Part shown: positions 38,352 through 51,120 of the stretch, one piece after another
Layout: every line of letters begins with the position of its first letter
Numbering within the stretch: the first letter of the stretch is position 1
Origin: Takakia lepidozioides
Lineage: Eukaryota; Plantae; Bryophyta
Direction of reading: 5' to 3'
DNA: 64,000 nt
Assembly (NCBI GenBank): GCA_030704615.1
Contig: CM060733.1
Span: 76,446,001 to 76,510,000, forward strand
Notes under the pieces: generated by a model
Told to the model about the DNA's origin: nothing
Database searches by the model: none
What the model saw: only the letters and a program-made list of their open reading frames with translations
Program-made: the position numbers and the translations under genes

Positions 38352-38593
38352 AACTTTCAAAATCTCAAGACTAAGCCTAAAGCTCTGGCCTTACTGGGAT
38401 TTAATTGCTCGGAAGATCACACACAGAAGATTGATGCTTTTGTAAAGGGATTTCTAGAGGAACTCCAGAAAGCCCGAACCAATGGCTTGAAAATCTCACT
38501 ACTAGAGTGAGCCCCTCACGAAAATAGTGTCCGTTTCCTGTCGTCTGCCAAAACTAGGCATGGATCTATGCAACAAGGCTTTACAACAAACAA
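38352..38593 (+). mobile_element. 5'-truncated degraded 3' end of LINE family B
   Basis: ATCACACACAGAAGATTGATGCTTTTGTAAAGGGATTTCTAGAGGA..CAAGGCTTTACAACAAACAA aligns with 11311-11562. Confidence 0.8.
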
Positions 38594-38897
38594 TGTGTCA
38601 AGAGTACATTCTCTCTCTCACACACACTTGGTTTAACCTTTGAAAAGTGCCCGCACATTGCATTGCTCTTAAACTATCTTGGCAATATGATAGATCCATG
38701 ATGAAAGACATTAAAGCAAAATTAACAAGGCCCAACTTGAGACCTTGAAGGAAAGTTTGATCATGCTTCAAACATGTATATAAGGATTTAGGGGCACAAA
38801 ATTTAGGAAAAACAAATGTTTGATGTTTAGTATTAGAACCCACATTGTCCAAGCTTTGCAAACTATGATAGAATTGCTTTGAATGGCCCACCCCTCA

Positions 38898-39545
38898 TTA
38901 GTTGCGTATAAAGACTTGCTCGAAGTCAATAGGCATGCTGAATGGCGCTATAATAACTTGTCCATCGTTCCTATGGATAGTCCTCACCGTTTCATATGCC
39001 CCTGTATCTGATAGGGTTGCACACTCCATCCAGCCTTCGACGGAGCAACCAAGCCAGTAGACACCAGCTGCAGCACAATCTGCTTTGCACTGGATGCGAT
39101 CTTTTTTGCCTGAGTCAGGAGATAAGAATTCCACTACCAGTAGTGGAGTGGACAGCTTCACATCAATTGTAGATCCCGGCATTAATTTGAGTCCAGGAGG
39201 CACCACAAAAACTGCCACATCATGTAAATATGCGCTAGTCTCGTAGTGGACTGATGCGTTCCACATAACTAGGTGCTTTGAGCCTTCACTCATTAGCAGA
39301 GCGTAAATCTGGCACATCAGGGCTGAAACTGCCAAGTTGTGGCTAATAGACGGCAACACAAACCATCATACCTGACCCTGCACAACCTCAACGATCAAGT
39401 TGTGTTCGGTAGCTACCCTGCTCAACAATTCCAAGAATGATATTGGTTTTGCACTTGGAATGGCAATGGAGTGCATTGCATCCTCCAATGAACGCGGAAC
39501 GGTTGTTGAACAATACAAATTGCAGCCTTCCACCGTCTTCTCATC
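38898..39545 (-). pseudogene. Uma2/DUF820-family PD-(D/E)XK endonuclease-like last exon with one in-frame TGA; probable upstream exons to ~40550
   Basis: After acceptor ATCTCAG: DEKTVEG..ISFLELLSR..LIVEVVQGQV*WFVLPSISH..DVAVF..PLLVVEFLSPDSGKKDRIQCK..AAAGVYW, matching the Uma2 pattern ElidG..P...H / PD / PdLvVEVlSP..D...K..aGV.eYW. Stop at 39366-39368. Confidence 0.72.
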
Positions 39546-42504
39546 CTGAGATCATGTACAGAGAAAGTATCATGTATCAAATGCAACTGCATGGTCCAAG
39601 GAAAAAGCTTCTTGTGAGAGCTTCCGGCAGAGGATAGTTACCTAGTCGATCCTGCCAATAGCCATATGAAGACTAAGCCATGCATGTCAAATATGTGGAC
39701 ACGCAAAGCCATGCTAAACCACTAGCCTCCACTATGTTATTCAGAGGTAGATATGGCTTAAATTGAAAAATAAAGTGGCTCAAAATCAGAGCACTTGCTA
39801 AGATGACACATTGGGCTTAGACTCCAGCTTGATACTAGAGCCGAGCTAACATGAACATGAACAGATGGAAAATGGTGCAATTGCCTTTAGAAAAGGAGGA
39901 GCAACCTCCAACTTTTGACCAGGAAAGGCTGCGGCCTTCAAGCCTTGTGCTTCATATCTCCAACATTGCCATCACATATATGTATCCAGGAGAACAATAG
40001 CAAAAGGAGATAGCCAAGCCCTATTTACAGCAATGTACCCGAGGACAATGTATGTTTCGCTTGACTACTATAAATGGTCTTAGTTGCACCAAGTTCAAGT
40101 ATTTGGCATGGGACATGAAGTTCAATGATTTTGTTCTGCTATTTATGAGGGCTTCCATAATAACTGGTAAGAGATGAAAAAGATGGAAGGAGCATAAACT
40201 CTTCCAATAGAATGAAAATTTTTACGTCGTTCAAGGGCTGAAGCTGAATCTCCGCAGCTTGGTAAGGCCCCACCCCCCCAATTGGATCAGGAGAAGCAAT
40301 GTACATCTTGGCAGTCGGGCCCAAGGTAATACTTCCAGCTGTGACCTCACGCTTGTCTTGCGGTGTCCATACTTGCCTGTTACATTTCAGTACAAACACA
40401 CAAAAACTGCCAATTACAAGACAACTGCACATATCAAAGAACAGAACATTCATTTTTCAACGCCAGATCCTCAAAACCCAAATACAAACGGACATGAGAA
40501 GAGAAGGTCACTACTTCTGATCGAGTGCTCCACCTTGTTATGCTCACCTGGGCGGCCCCTTGAGTTTCATCTGTGTGTCCATTATGTGAATAATCGCGTC
40601 TCAACGCAGCCGCCGTGACTGTCTTCAACCCAGGCTTTCCAGCATAAACTGTAACACGGTTCATCACTGCACCAAGCATAATTTTGTGGGCCATGGATCT
40701 AACAGCTATACACAAGTGCTTCAACCTCAATCGTTTCGTCGACAGCAGCTTGCGATGGTTTCGTATGACATTTGTATGACACCCGTAAGCCCTAATGCGA
40801 CATTTTTCTTCTTTTTTTTAGTTTTTTTCTCTCCAAGGAAACGCGGCAACCAACGAGGAGAACCGGCAGCTTGCTAGCCGAGTGATTCCCAGAATTTCCG
40901 AATGAAATATAAAGGAAAAATGGCCGAAGAGGAAATCAACCGGTGCGCTGCTTTGAGGAAGGATTTTTGCCGTTTCATTTCATTACAGAGAGGAAATGCG
41001 CCTTAGGAGGAAAGGCCTGGACGGATTCCGGCCGTTAAAGTCCGCCACATGGCGGAAATCCAGTGTGCCAGGTCTAGGTCAGGTTACATCCGACGGAGGG
41101 CGTTTAGGTGCATAAATATCGAACTCAAGAGATTTGGGGCAAACCCTAGTGGGGACTCGGACCTCAGTTACTCTCGCACGCAGCGCACACCTGCTTTTAC
41201 TCGCTGTATTCTATCACAACTCACCTGCCCGTAGCTCAACGTTTTGGTTGAGGTCCTTGCATTTTAGAAAGGTTCAAATCTTCGCCTCCAACTACTTTGA
41301 GGGCATTGACGGGACAAGCAAGGATACAATGTTCCTCACTTGTTTGAATTGCTTAAAACTGGTTGTGATTTTTTATTTAAATTCTGTTTACTTATTGTTG
41401 TGCATTTGACGTGTTGTCTTTGTATTAAACTGATTTTATGTAGAAAGTGAACCGGTTGATATTTATAATGGCCGGATTATAGCTGAACACAAAAAGAATC
41501 ATTAGGAATATTACCGGTTGTAAAACATTTATCTAGAAAAATTGACCGGGTATAATTACCACTAAGGGGCAGCAACCGACTCCCCAACCCACTTAGCCGG
41601 TTGCTGCTGGGAATGAACGGCCACTGGCTGGGTTCAACTGAAATTATTTCCCAGACGCTGGAAACGCCAGCCCCATCAACCGAGGGTATGGTAAAGCGTC
41701 CTAAAAGTGCATAGTTCTCAACCACGTTCCCTATACTGCGCTGATTGCGCAGTTTGGATGAATATTATATGTTATCATCCAGTCCATTCCATACACATTC
41801 TACCTGTGACTTCCATGCATTCATCCACGCGCTTCCTCCTCTTCTTGCTTCCCATCTCTGCTCAGATTTTCTCGCCGATTGTCATGAGATCGACCATTGC
41901 CATGGCGTGAGCTCCATCGACCTGGCAAAGCAATTACATACAAGGTCGCCAAGGAGCAATCCGAGATATAGAAGCTCACACTCTATATCCGCATCCTCAC
42001 ATTCTTTCTGGGACAAACGAATCCAGGTACTTCTTCCCTTTCCCCTTTTTCTGCCCTTGAGGTATAGTCTGTGGCTACAAGGAGAGCTAGGGCATTAAGG
42101 TCTATGTCTACATTCGACATTCTAAGGTCTAATGTCTACATGTCTATGGTTCTTAACCTTCATTCTGGGGTTCAGACTCTCAAGGATTCTGTCTTCTTCT
42201 TTGCTCTTCTCTCTCCCTATGTCTCTCTCATCTCTGAAAAATGGGATATTTGCTTTGCAAGGCTACTGGATCTGTAACCTGTGTACAGACTACAGACCTT
42301 CTCTCTGGTGACAAAACAATCCCACATTTTGGGCACTGGATGTGCCATGCTAATAGAGTATTTCGAGGCGTTCAGTGTCAGTAGATTTCTGCTGCAAATG
42401 TGGTCCAGATTAGGGATCGTCGAAAGAGTCACGTTTACACTTGTACATTGAAACAAGCATAGGTTTATTTATCTTAGTAATGGAGTAATTTCAAGAGGTA
42501 CTAA

Positions 42505-43060
42505 GGTAGCCTGTGCCGTTGACCCAAGTGTCCAGGGTCATGTGTATGCCCAAGTACAATCTCCTACGCATTCAAGTGCGTCTCCTATGTCTAGGCCCAA
42601 GTATGACCTCTGGGGTAGCTTGTGCCGTTGGCCCAAGTGTCAAGTTCATCTAAGCCCAAGTGCAATCTCCTATGTATGCAATTGCGTCTCCTATGTCGAG
42701 GCCCAAGTGCGACCTCTAGGGTAGCATCTGCCGTTGGCCCAAGGGTCCAATGTCATCTAAAGTCCAAATGCATGTTTTTCCACAGAGCCTGTGCCGTTTG
42801 GCCCATAATGTGAAGAATTGAAATCTAAGACCAAGTGTAATTTCCTTTGTATCCAAGTGCAATCTTTTATTCATGTATCCAAGTGCATCTCCCATGTAGA
42901 GCCCCAATTGTCCGCTGTCATCTAAGCCCAAGTCCAATCTCCTATGTATCCAATGCAATTTTGTATCCAAGTGCGTCTCCTATGTCGAGGCCCAAGTGCA
43001 ACCTCTCGGCACCTGGGGTAGCCTGTGCCTTTGGCCCAGGCTTCCAATGGCACAGGCAAC
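42505..43060 (+). repeat. Complex minisatellite array, inverted relative to 28630-29520
   Basis: Units TGCGTCTCCTATGTCGAGGCCCAAGTGC, GTAGCCTGTGCCGTTGGCCCAAG, TGTCATCTAAGCCCAAG. Confidence 0.85.
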
Positions 43061-43439
43061 CTGCGACATAAGGTCTTACTGTTCTCGCTACTTATTCTCT
43101 CCCCCTACTGCGCCAAGCTCCTTCCAGCTATGTCACATCCTCAAGATAAGCAGAGTGCACAGACACTGCACCTCCCAGTCACAACCGTCGAGCGATCTAC
43201 CATCAGATCTGCCTGGCGAACAAGCTCAGCTCGAATCAAGATCAGGCCCAGGGGAGCTCATGGACGCAGCCCGGATGGCTCTCGTGCATTGTGATATACC
43301 CCCAGCTGTGGCGACCAACAGGCAGACAAAATGCCAACGGAAGGCAAGTCCCCGCACACAACAGCCAGCTGCTCGCTGTGCCCTGTAATCAACATACCAC
43401 TCTGAATGCATCTAGCAAATACTCTCTTTACAACCCCGC

Positions 43440-46400
43440 CCAGCTTTCTCCTCCCCCACTCCACATGACTAGGTATGATCTCTCCTCCCCCAACCATAGG
43501 AAGGCTTTACAAGTTAATCCCAACTCACATTCAAACCCCTATCCCCTTGTCATACAGTTGCACACCACCTCACATCACTACCACACCTCACTATCTCAAT
43601 GCGCTAGCACTTGCTTCAATCTACAAAATAGTCTCAATAGATTAATTCTTCCACGATGGACGAACCCGAGTTCTAACACTGAGGAGCTCACATCTGTACT
43701 AGAAACTGGCATCTGGACAGTCGGGTTTAAAGGGAAATTGCAGATGGCACCCCAAGGATTGGACTCACCGCTGGGATGGCAAGGCGATCTTGATTGGTGA
43801 CCTACCATAGAATTATCAACCTCAAGTGATTTCATATCCACCGACCAACGCAGGCCTGAATGTCAGAATGAGCAATAGCTACCCGGCAGCCCCTCTCTTA
43901 CATCAACACTTTACATCATATAAGCAGATCTGGCCCATGCAGATCTGGTCCATCTGGACAGGTGTGTTTAAAGTGGAATTGCAGATGGCACCACAAGGAT
44001 TGGACTCACCCAGCTGGGAAGGCAAGGCAGTCCTGATTGCCGCCCTACTGCAGTTTTATCAACCTCAAACGATTACATATACAACGTCCAACGCAGGTGT
44101 GGTTACTCCTGATATCTCATTCACAATAAAACGGTACTTGTCCCTTTCCCTCCCCATGTAGACCGGTATGCTTGGCTCTGGTTGCTTTAGCCAGACTCCA
44201 AAGATGTCAGCCAACTCAGCCCACTGCACTGTCAACAGACATGACTGTCAGAATGCGCCATAGCTATCCGACAGCCCCTCTATTACTACAACACTTTACA
44301 TCATATAAACAGAACTGGCCCATGCAGATCTGGTCCATCTGGACAGGTGTGTTTAAAGTGAAATTGCAGATGACACCCCAAGGATTGGACTCACCCTGCT
44401 GGGAAGGCAAGGCCGTATTTATCAACCTCAAGCGAATACATATACACCAACCAACGCAGGTGCGGTTACTCCTGATCATATCTCATTCAACAATAAAACG
44501 GTACCTGCCCCTTTCCCTCCCCATGCTTTTAATATGACTCACCGTACACCAGTATGCTTGGCTCTGGTTGCCTTGGCCAAACTCCAGAGCTGTCAGCCAA
44601 CTCAGCCCATCGCAATGTCCACAGGCCTGAATGTCAGAATGAGCCACAGCTCTCCGACAGCCCCTCTTTTACAACAATACTTTGCATCATACAAACAGAT
44701 CTGGCCCATGCAGATCTGGCCCATCTTGACAGGTGTGTTTAAAGCGAACTTGCAGATGGCACCCCAAGGATTGGACTCGCCCCGCTGGGCAGGCAATCTT
44801 GATTGCTGACCGACTACATAATTATCAACCTCAAACGACCAACCGACCGACCGACCGACATACACCTACCAACGCAGGTGTTGTTACTCCTGATATCTCA
44901 TTCAACAATAATGAGACAATAATACGGTACCCACCCCCTTCCCTCCCCATGCTTCCAATCTGATCCACCGTAGACCAGTATGCTTGGCTGTGGTTGCCTC
45001 AGCCAGACCCCAGAGCTGTCAGCCAACTCAACCCACTGCACTGTCAACAGGCATGAATGTCAGAATGAGATATAGTTGTCCGCCAGCCCTCTCTTACAAC
45101 AACACTTTTCATCATACAAGCAGATCTGGCCCATGCACCAAGCTCTACTAACCCCAACTTTGGCTACTTCCCCTTGCTACAGGACGCAACATATGACAAC
45201 GACGCATGCACTACACCCAGTTATCCAGATGCTGCCCCGAATTTATTTGGGGCATCTGTCCTCCTCATGCACTGATGCAGTTTCTTTCTCAACCCATCTG
45301 CTACATCCTTCTCCGTGGCAGAGGTCCCCCGGCAGTGCTCACCCCATCTACAGGAAGTCCACAACACCCCGCTCCTGTAACATGTTTGATTTCTTAACCC
45401 CCGTTGGATCACCACAATACTGCCCTTTACATTTGATCAACTCTCCTCCATGGGGGCTCTGGAAGAAAAACCGGGTCTCAGTTCTTTTAGCACTGACTTA
45501 CTTGCCTTACTCTATTGCCCTAGCTTACAACATAGTCAGATACGATCTCTCTTCCATTAACCAATATAGGTGGCCATTGCATGCCAGTCCCAATTCTCAC
45601 TCAAAACACCTGTACCCACTCGTCGTGCAGATGCATTCTACCCCACATCTTACACCCCACTGCCTCAATACACCAGCGCTCGTTTACATCCACAAAACAC
45701 TATCAAAAGGGAAAAATTTCCCAGTCCGATGAGTACAAGCTATATAAGTGAGGAACCCGTATCTGAGTTAAAAACTGTCAAGTGGATTGACATGTTTAGA
45801 ATGGGGCTGCAGGTGACGCCTCAAGATCCAAACCCACACCGCTGGACTGGTAAGATAGGTAGGATTGCTGGCCTGTTGCAATATTATCAACCTCAATTGA
45901 CTGCACACTCTACGACCATAGCAGGTTCCGCCACTCTCGCTACCACACTCAACAACACAACGGTACATGCTCCCCTCCCCCATCATACTTCAGATATGAT
46001 TCACCACAAGTCAGTCTGCTTGACTGCCGGTGCTCTAGCCAGATTCCAGAAAACATCGCCAACTCAGCCCATTGCAATGTCAACTGGTCTGTGTGTCCTT
46101 ATGAATTATAGCTGTATGATGATCCCTGTCTTACGACAACACTTTACATCATATACACAGATCTGACTCCATTGCAAAGCTACACTAAACCCAACTCTGG
46201 CTATTCCCCCTCTTTGCAGGTCACAGTATCGGACTCTGATGCCTGCACTACACCCAATTACCCAGACTTTGACACAAACAAGCTCGGAGCACCGGTCCTC
46301 CTCAAGCACTGTATCAGTTTTTTCCATTGCCCACCTGGAACATCCTCTTGTTTGGCAGGACCCCCTAACAGTGCCCGCTCCATATACAGGACGTTCACAA

Positions 46401-46800
46401 CATCCCTCTACCATATACAGGACGTTCATAACATCCCTCTACTGTAACAAGCCGCATATAACTATTACATTTCACTACCTCCAAACTTTAGCACACGCTT
46501 ACATTTACAAGATATTGTCAATAAATTAAGTTTTCCAAGCATGGTACAACTGGGCTATACAACTGACGAGCTCGTATCTGGGATTAAGATTATCAGCTGG
46601 CCTGGCATGATTAGAATGGAACTGCAGGTGACTCCTCACGATTCAGACTCACACGTTGGGGAGATGTGGCAGTTAGGAGTGCTGGCCTCACTTAGCTGCG
46701 CATTCTTCGACCATAGCAGATGCTGTTACTCCTGCTACCTCAACCCACAACAACACGGTACCTCCCCCCCCCCTTCCCCTATGCTTCAGCTATATTGTTC
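43440..46800 (+). repeat. C-rich tandem repeats (~385-bp units nested in a ~2-kb higher-order duplication)
   Basis: TTGCAGATGRCACCMCAAGGATTGGACTC at ~43740, 43980, 44365 and 44750; diverged copies at ~45805 and ~46620. 43460-43720 resembles 45530-45790. Confidence 0.8.
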
Positions 46801-47949
46801 CATTGGATTACCCGGATTCATTCCAGATGCCACATGTCACAACACATGAAGAGGCTGTGATCTGCACTGCTCCCAATTGCAATTACCCAGACATTGCCTG
46901 AAACAAATTCGGAGCAACTGCCCTCTCCAAGCACTACTACAACTGCACTCTACACTCACCTGCAACACCCCTTTGTGTGGCAGGGGCCCCCTAGCAAGGA
47001 TCACCCCAGTTACAAGAAGCCCACAACTTGCCTCTTTAATAACACCGCCGATCTCTCAACCTTTACTGAACCGCCGCCCCACTACCTGTCATCTCTGTAT
47101 TTAAAGTGTATTTACCATATAACTTGTCCGATACCCAGCCCCACTTCTGTTTCGAAGCATGGCTATGGGCCGCCCTGCACCCTTCCCACCCCACAACAAC
47201 AACATCACGTATTCTAGACACTACAGCGACCTGCTTCTCCCCAGTTCAACCTCAGCTGCCCGAGTGCCCTACCTGCCAAAACTAGCTATAGCCCCCTTCT
47301 TACTACAGGTTGACCGCCACACTCCAGCACTCAATATGCACACACAAATGAGACGTATTTCATGCTGACGCCATGTAACATACTCCCTCCCTCATACTGC
47401 TGCAAACCATGCACGTTCGCAACTCCATACAAGCAGATCCAACCCCATAACTGGCCATCTCTGGGGAACAATTTAAATTCATATGTCATAACTATATCAT
47501 CAATATTAGCACCTCCTAATCTATCTAAAACACATGTACTCTCACTTCCCTGTTGCAATCGTTTACCGTACGACAATCTACTCTACGAGCACCTCAACGT
47601 ATACACCGGTACTTCAAAACCACCCACATTTATCACCGCACACACCCAGGCACTATTCAAGACAAATCCCCCGCCATAGCTTATACGCCAGCAGCTCCTC
47701 TACTAAATCTCCCACACAAACATTCACTTCCCGCCCCCAGTACACTCGTCTACATAACACTTTCAGTTGTAACGGACCTGCCGCCAGTCCTGATAAGCAA
47801 CATTCTCTTACTACCAAATCTCCTCCACCACCTCCAACAATCATACCTGCAATCAACCTGCCCACATGAATTACCACCTCCCCTGCACACGACGCCACAA
47901 ACAGCTCCTTGGGGCCCTCTCGGCTATGACATATATATCGCCCGTCACA

Positions 47950-48850
47950 CACAAGCTCACATCCACATCACACTTCCGCTTTCCTACTGCTCCCCTCACC
48001 CTACTATCTCACAACTCTCTCTTCAAGATCACTTTACTCTTGTTTTACTTCGTATGGGAATTGAGCACACTTTAATCAAGCCACTGTTGCGTACAAGGAA
48101 GCTCAGCATGTCGGGTATCAAGGCCACACCAAGTCATCGCTGAGAGAGACGCCCTCTCAGTCATGGTAAGAAATTTGAATATGTTGCATGCACAGGCTGC
48201 CACGGAAGAAGCCCTCCTCAAAGTTACGGGCAAGGCTAATGTTGCCAGGCACACTTCTGCTACGTTCTTTTGTCTGATCACTACACGAAACAAACGGGTA
48301 TGGCCCAAATTACCTGCAAGAACCCAGCAGTATACACGCAATGGTGCAACCGGACTGACATCTCCATCCTAGGCCACTGCGTGGAATTCAGTCCCCATAC
48401 CAATAGTCTCAATGGCCACACACCACCAACAAAAGTGATAGTGGATAGGCTTCGCGTGGCGAACATCAACCAAGCCCTTGCCGATATGGTGAACTCAATC
48501 AACGTCACGGCAAGCTCAAACAGCAGTCACGCACTCCAAATGTCCGACATTGATAAAAAGCTTGCAGCGCAAGCTATTACTATCAAGTCCGACATACGGG
48601 GCGAACTAAATGCCATAGAAACCCATGTCTCGACCACCATCACAATTCAGCAAGATGCTTACCACGAGTACATGGAGTCCCTGCAGGACTCTCCTACCAA
48701 AAACCTAGGAGCCAATCTCACCAATCTCACGAACTTCTACGAACACACTAATTTGGTCCTAGACAAATTACCCAAGCCCCCTAGACTGCCCAATCTGGGC
48801 TCCGAGCAAAGAGAGACAAGCAATGCAACCGTCAGCGGTACAGCAGGTTA
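47950..48850 (+). mobile_element. Remnant of L1/Tx1-type LINE ORF1 (RRM-like + coiled coil)
   Basis: ITLPLSY..LQDHFTLVLLRMGI..SVMVRNLN..GMAQITCKNPAVYTQW..ILGHCVEFSPHTNSLNG then coiled coil; resembles recalled bryophyte LINE ORF1 motifs. Frameshifted; no ORF2 follows. Confidence 0.5.
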
Positions 48851-49754
48851 TAAGCCTATGGGCACCATCCCGTTCCCGCATGGGGATTTGCTATTCTTTG
48901 AGATCAGCCATCGGTGTGACATGGATGCGGAAACGACTACCACGTGGCAATATAATTTTTTTTTCGGATTGCCCGTAATTGTATGCTTCGATTTGTGAGA
49001 ATCAATAATGGAAAATGACACGGGATTGTACTGACACGTCACCTTTGGCTCCCGTGGAGGCTGAGCAGGAGAACATAAAAGTAAAAACGGAATAAATGGA
49101 TTTTAAAAATTAAAATTATTTAAAATAAAATAAAAAATAAACAACAACAACAACAACAACAACATGAGATATGGATTTCTAACGTGGAAGAATTCTACAC
49201 GAACGTGGAAGAATTATGCATGTTTTTTTAGCCATTTTAATCTCTAGCTTGGATTATCATATGTTACGGAAATGTCTAAGGATGCTGGTGAAAAACAAAT
49301 ATATTTGGTGGACCTAAGTTGAACGAAGGTGGCTCTTCTGTCTTTGTATAAGGTACTTTTTGGCTTTAGGAATGTGATCTTGTATTCAATTTCAAGCATT
49401 AAAATTTATTTATTTCCGGGCAAGTTCGTTGGGCAGATTGAAATGTTCTTGTTCACCTTCGTTGACCTTCGTCACTGATGGAATTGCAGAATAGGAGCTC
49501 TCTTCTAGCATGTTGCACCGCCGTGGCGCCATCACACCTGGCAGCGATCAATCTGGAAACGCCGATACAATCTCCCCACCCACCATGCCACAGATTGCAG
49601 CCAGCCCGGCGCTGATCTCTGCGACACCTGCAACGGGCCTCTATACAATAATCAAGGATGTTACAAATGCATAGTTCTTGGACATCTCCTCATAGACTAG
49701 TGTCCAGCACAATGAGGTTATGACCGCATATTTTTATTTTTATTCTAAAATTAA

Positions 49755-50677
49755 GCAACCAACGTTTGGCGGTCACTTCTTTAATTGTTTTTAAAAAAAA
49801 TGCAACGACCGCCAAATGGCGGTCGTTTGTTTTGTTTTTTTAAATTTAGCTGCCGCCATTTAGCGGTGGTGGCTCTTTTATATAAAAACTTTAAATGGAG
49901 CGACTGCAACTACGGCAGTCGTTCTTTTATTTATTTTTTCCTTGAATGAAGCAACCGCCAATACGGAGGTTGCTCTTTTTTGTTTAAAAAAAAAATGAAG
50001 CGACCGCCAATACGGCGGTCGCTCATTTTCGTTTATTTATTTTAAAAATGAAGCGGCCACTATATGGGGGTCGCTCTTTTTTGCTTTTTTAAAAACTAAA
50101 GCGACCGCCAATACGGCGGTCGCTCCTTTAATTTTTTTAAATTAGAAATTAGAAATTATAAAATTAAGTTTTTTTTTTCTTAAAAATATGAAGCGACCTG
50201 CCGATGGCGGTCGTTTTTTTTTGCTTTTTAAAAAACTGAAGCGGCCGCCAATACGGCGGTCGCTCCTATAAGTTTCTTTTTTTAATAAAAAAAATTATAA
50301 TGTGTTAAAAAATAAAGTTCACTTAAAGAAAAAAATGAAGCGACCGCCCTCTTTTCGCTTCTTAAAAAACTGAAGCGACCGCCATTACGGCAAGCGCTCC
50401 TTTAAGGTTTTTTTTTTAATTTTTTAATTATTTTTTTAATTATTTTTAAATTTTAAATCACTAACTTTATTTTATTTTATTTTATTTTCTGAAAATGCTG
50501 CGACCGCCAGTAATGGCGTCGCTTTTATTTATTTTTGTTTTTTTAAATAGAGCGACCATCTTTACTAACAGTTGCTTTTATTGTTTATTTTTAAAATAGA
50601 GTGACCGCAATTACTGGCGGTCGTTTTTTTTTTGTTTTTTCTAAAATGCGGCGACCGTCGTGGTGGCGGTCGCTTCT
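49755..50677. repeat. Array of ~16 palindromic AAGCGACCGCC(N4-5)GGCGGTCGCTC units with A/T-tract spacers; likely DNA-transposon subterminal region
   Basis: Copies at ~49755, 49802, 49847, 49898, 49949, 49998, 50051, 50099, 50190, 50239, 50338, 50373, 50498, 50550, 50599 and 50648. Confidence 0.85.
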
Positions 50678-51120
50678 AGAAGGTGTGCCCTACGCGTGGA
50701 CCGAGGAATGAGAGGGGGGGGTATAAGCCAGAGGAGGCTCATTCTCCTCTCACTTCCTCTCCACACAATTTCTGTGTGCGTGGCATGTAACTATTCCATG
50801 ACACGTAGTCACGTGGAGAACGAGGCCAATGGCTGGGGGGGGGAGGGGGGGTTGCCGCGATTTCTATAAAGTCGTTGCAAAATGCTCCCATAGCCCCTCT
50901 TCTGGCTTCCGAGATCATTTCATTCTACAAAATTAGCTTTTAATAACTATCATGACACTTATTCAAACCCGTTTCGGGTTAAGGGTTTAGGGTCAATAAA
51001 TATTTTTTTATCGAGATCGCAGTTCCTTAGTTCCTAGCTATTTTCACGTTTGCTTCAGTAGTGTTTAACTTTCCGTTACTTATTAGTAAACGTCGTTTAG
51101 GGTTGCTCCGATTGTTACAA

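Noticed and set aside
49755-50677. CRISPR-like array of palindromic repeats with spacers
   Set aside because: Spacers are low-complexity A/T runs, the repeats are degenerate, no cas genes are present and the context is eukaryotic.
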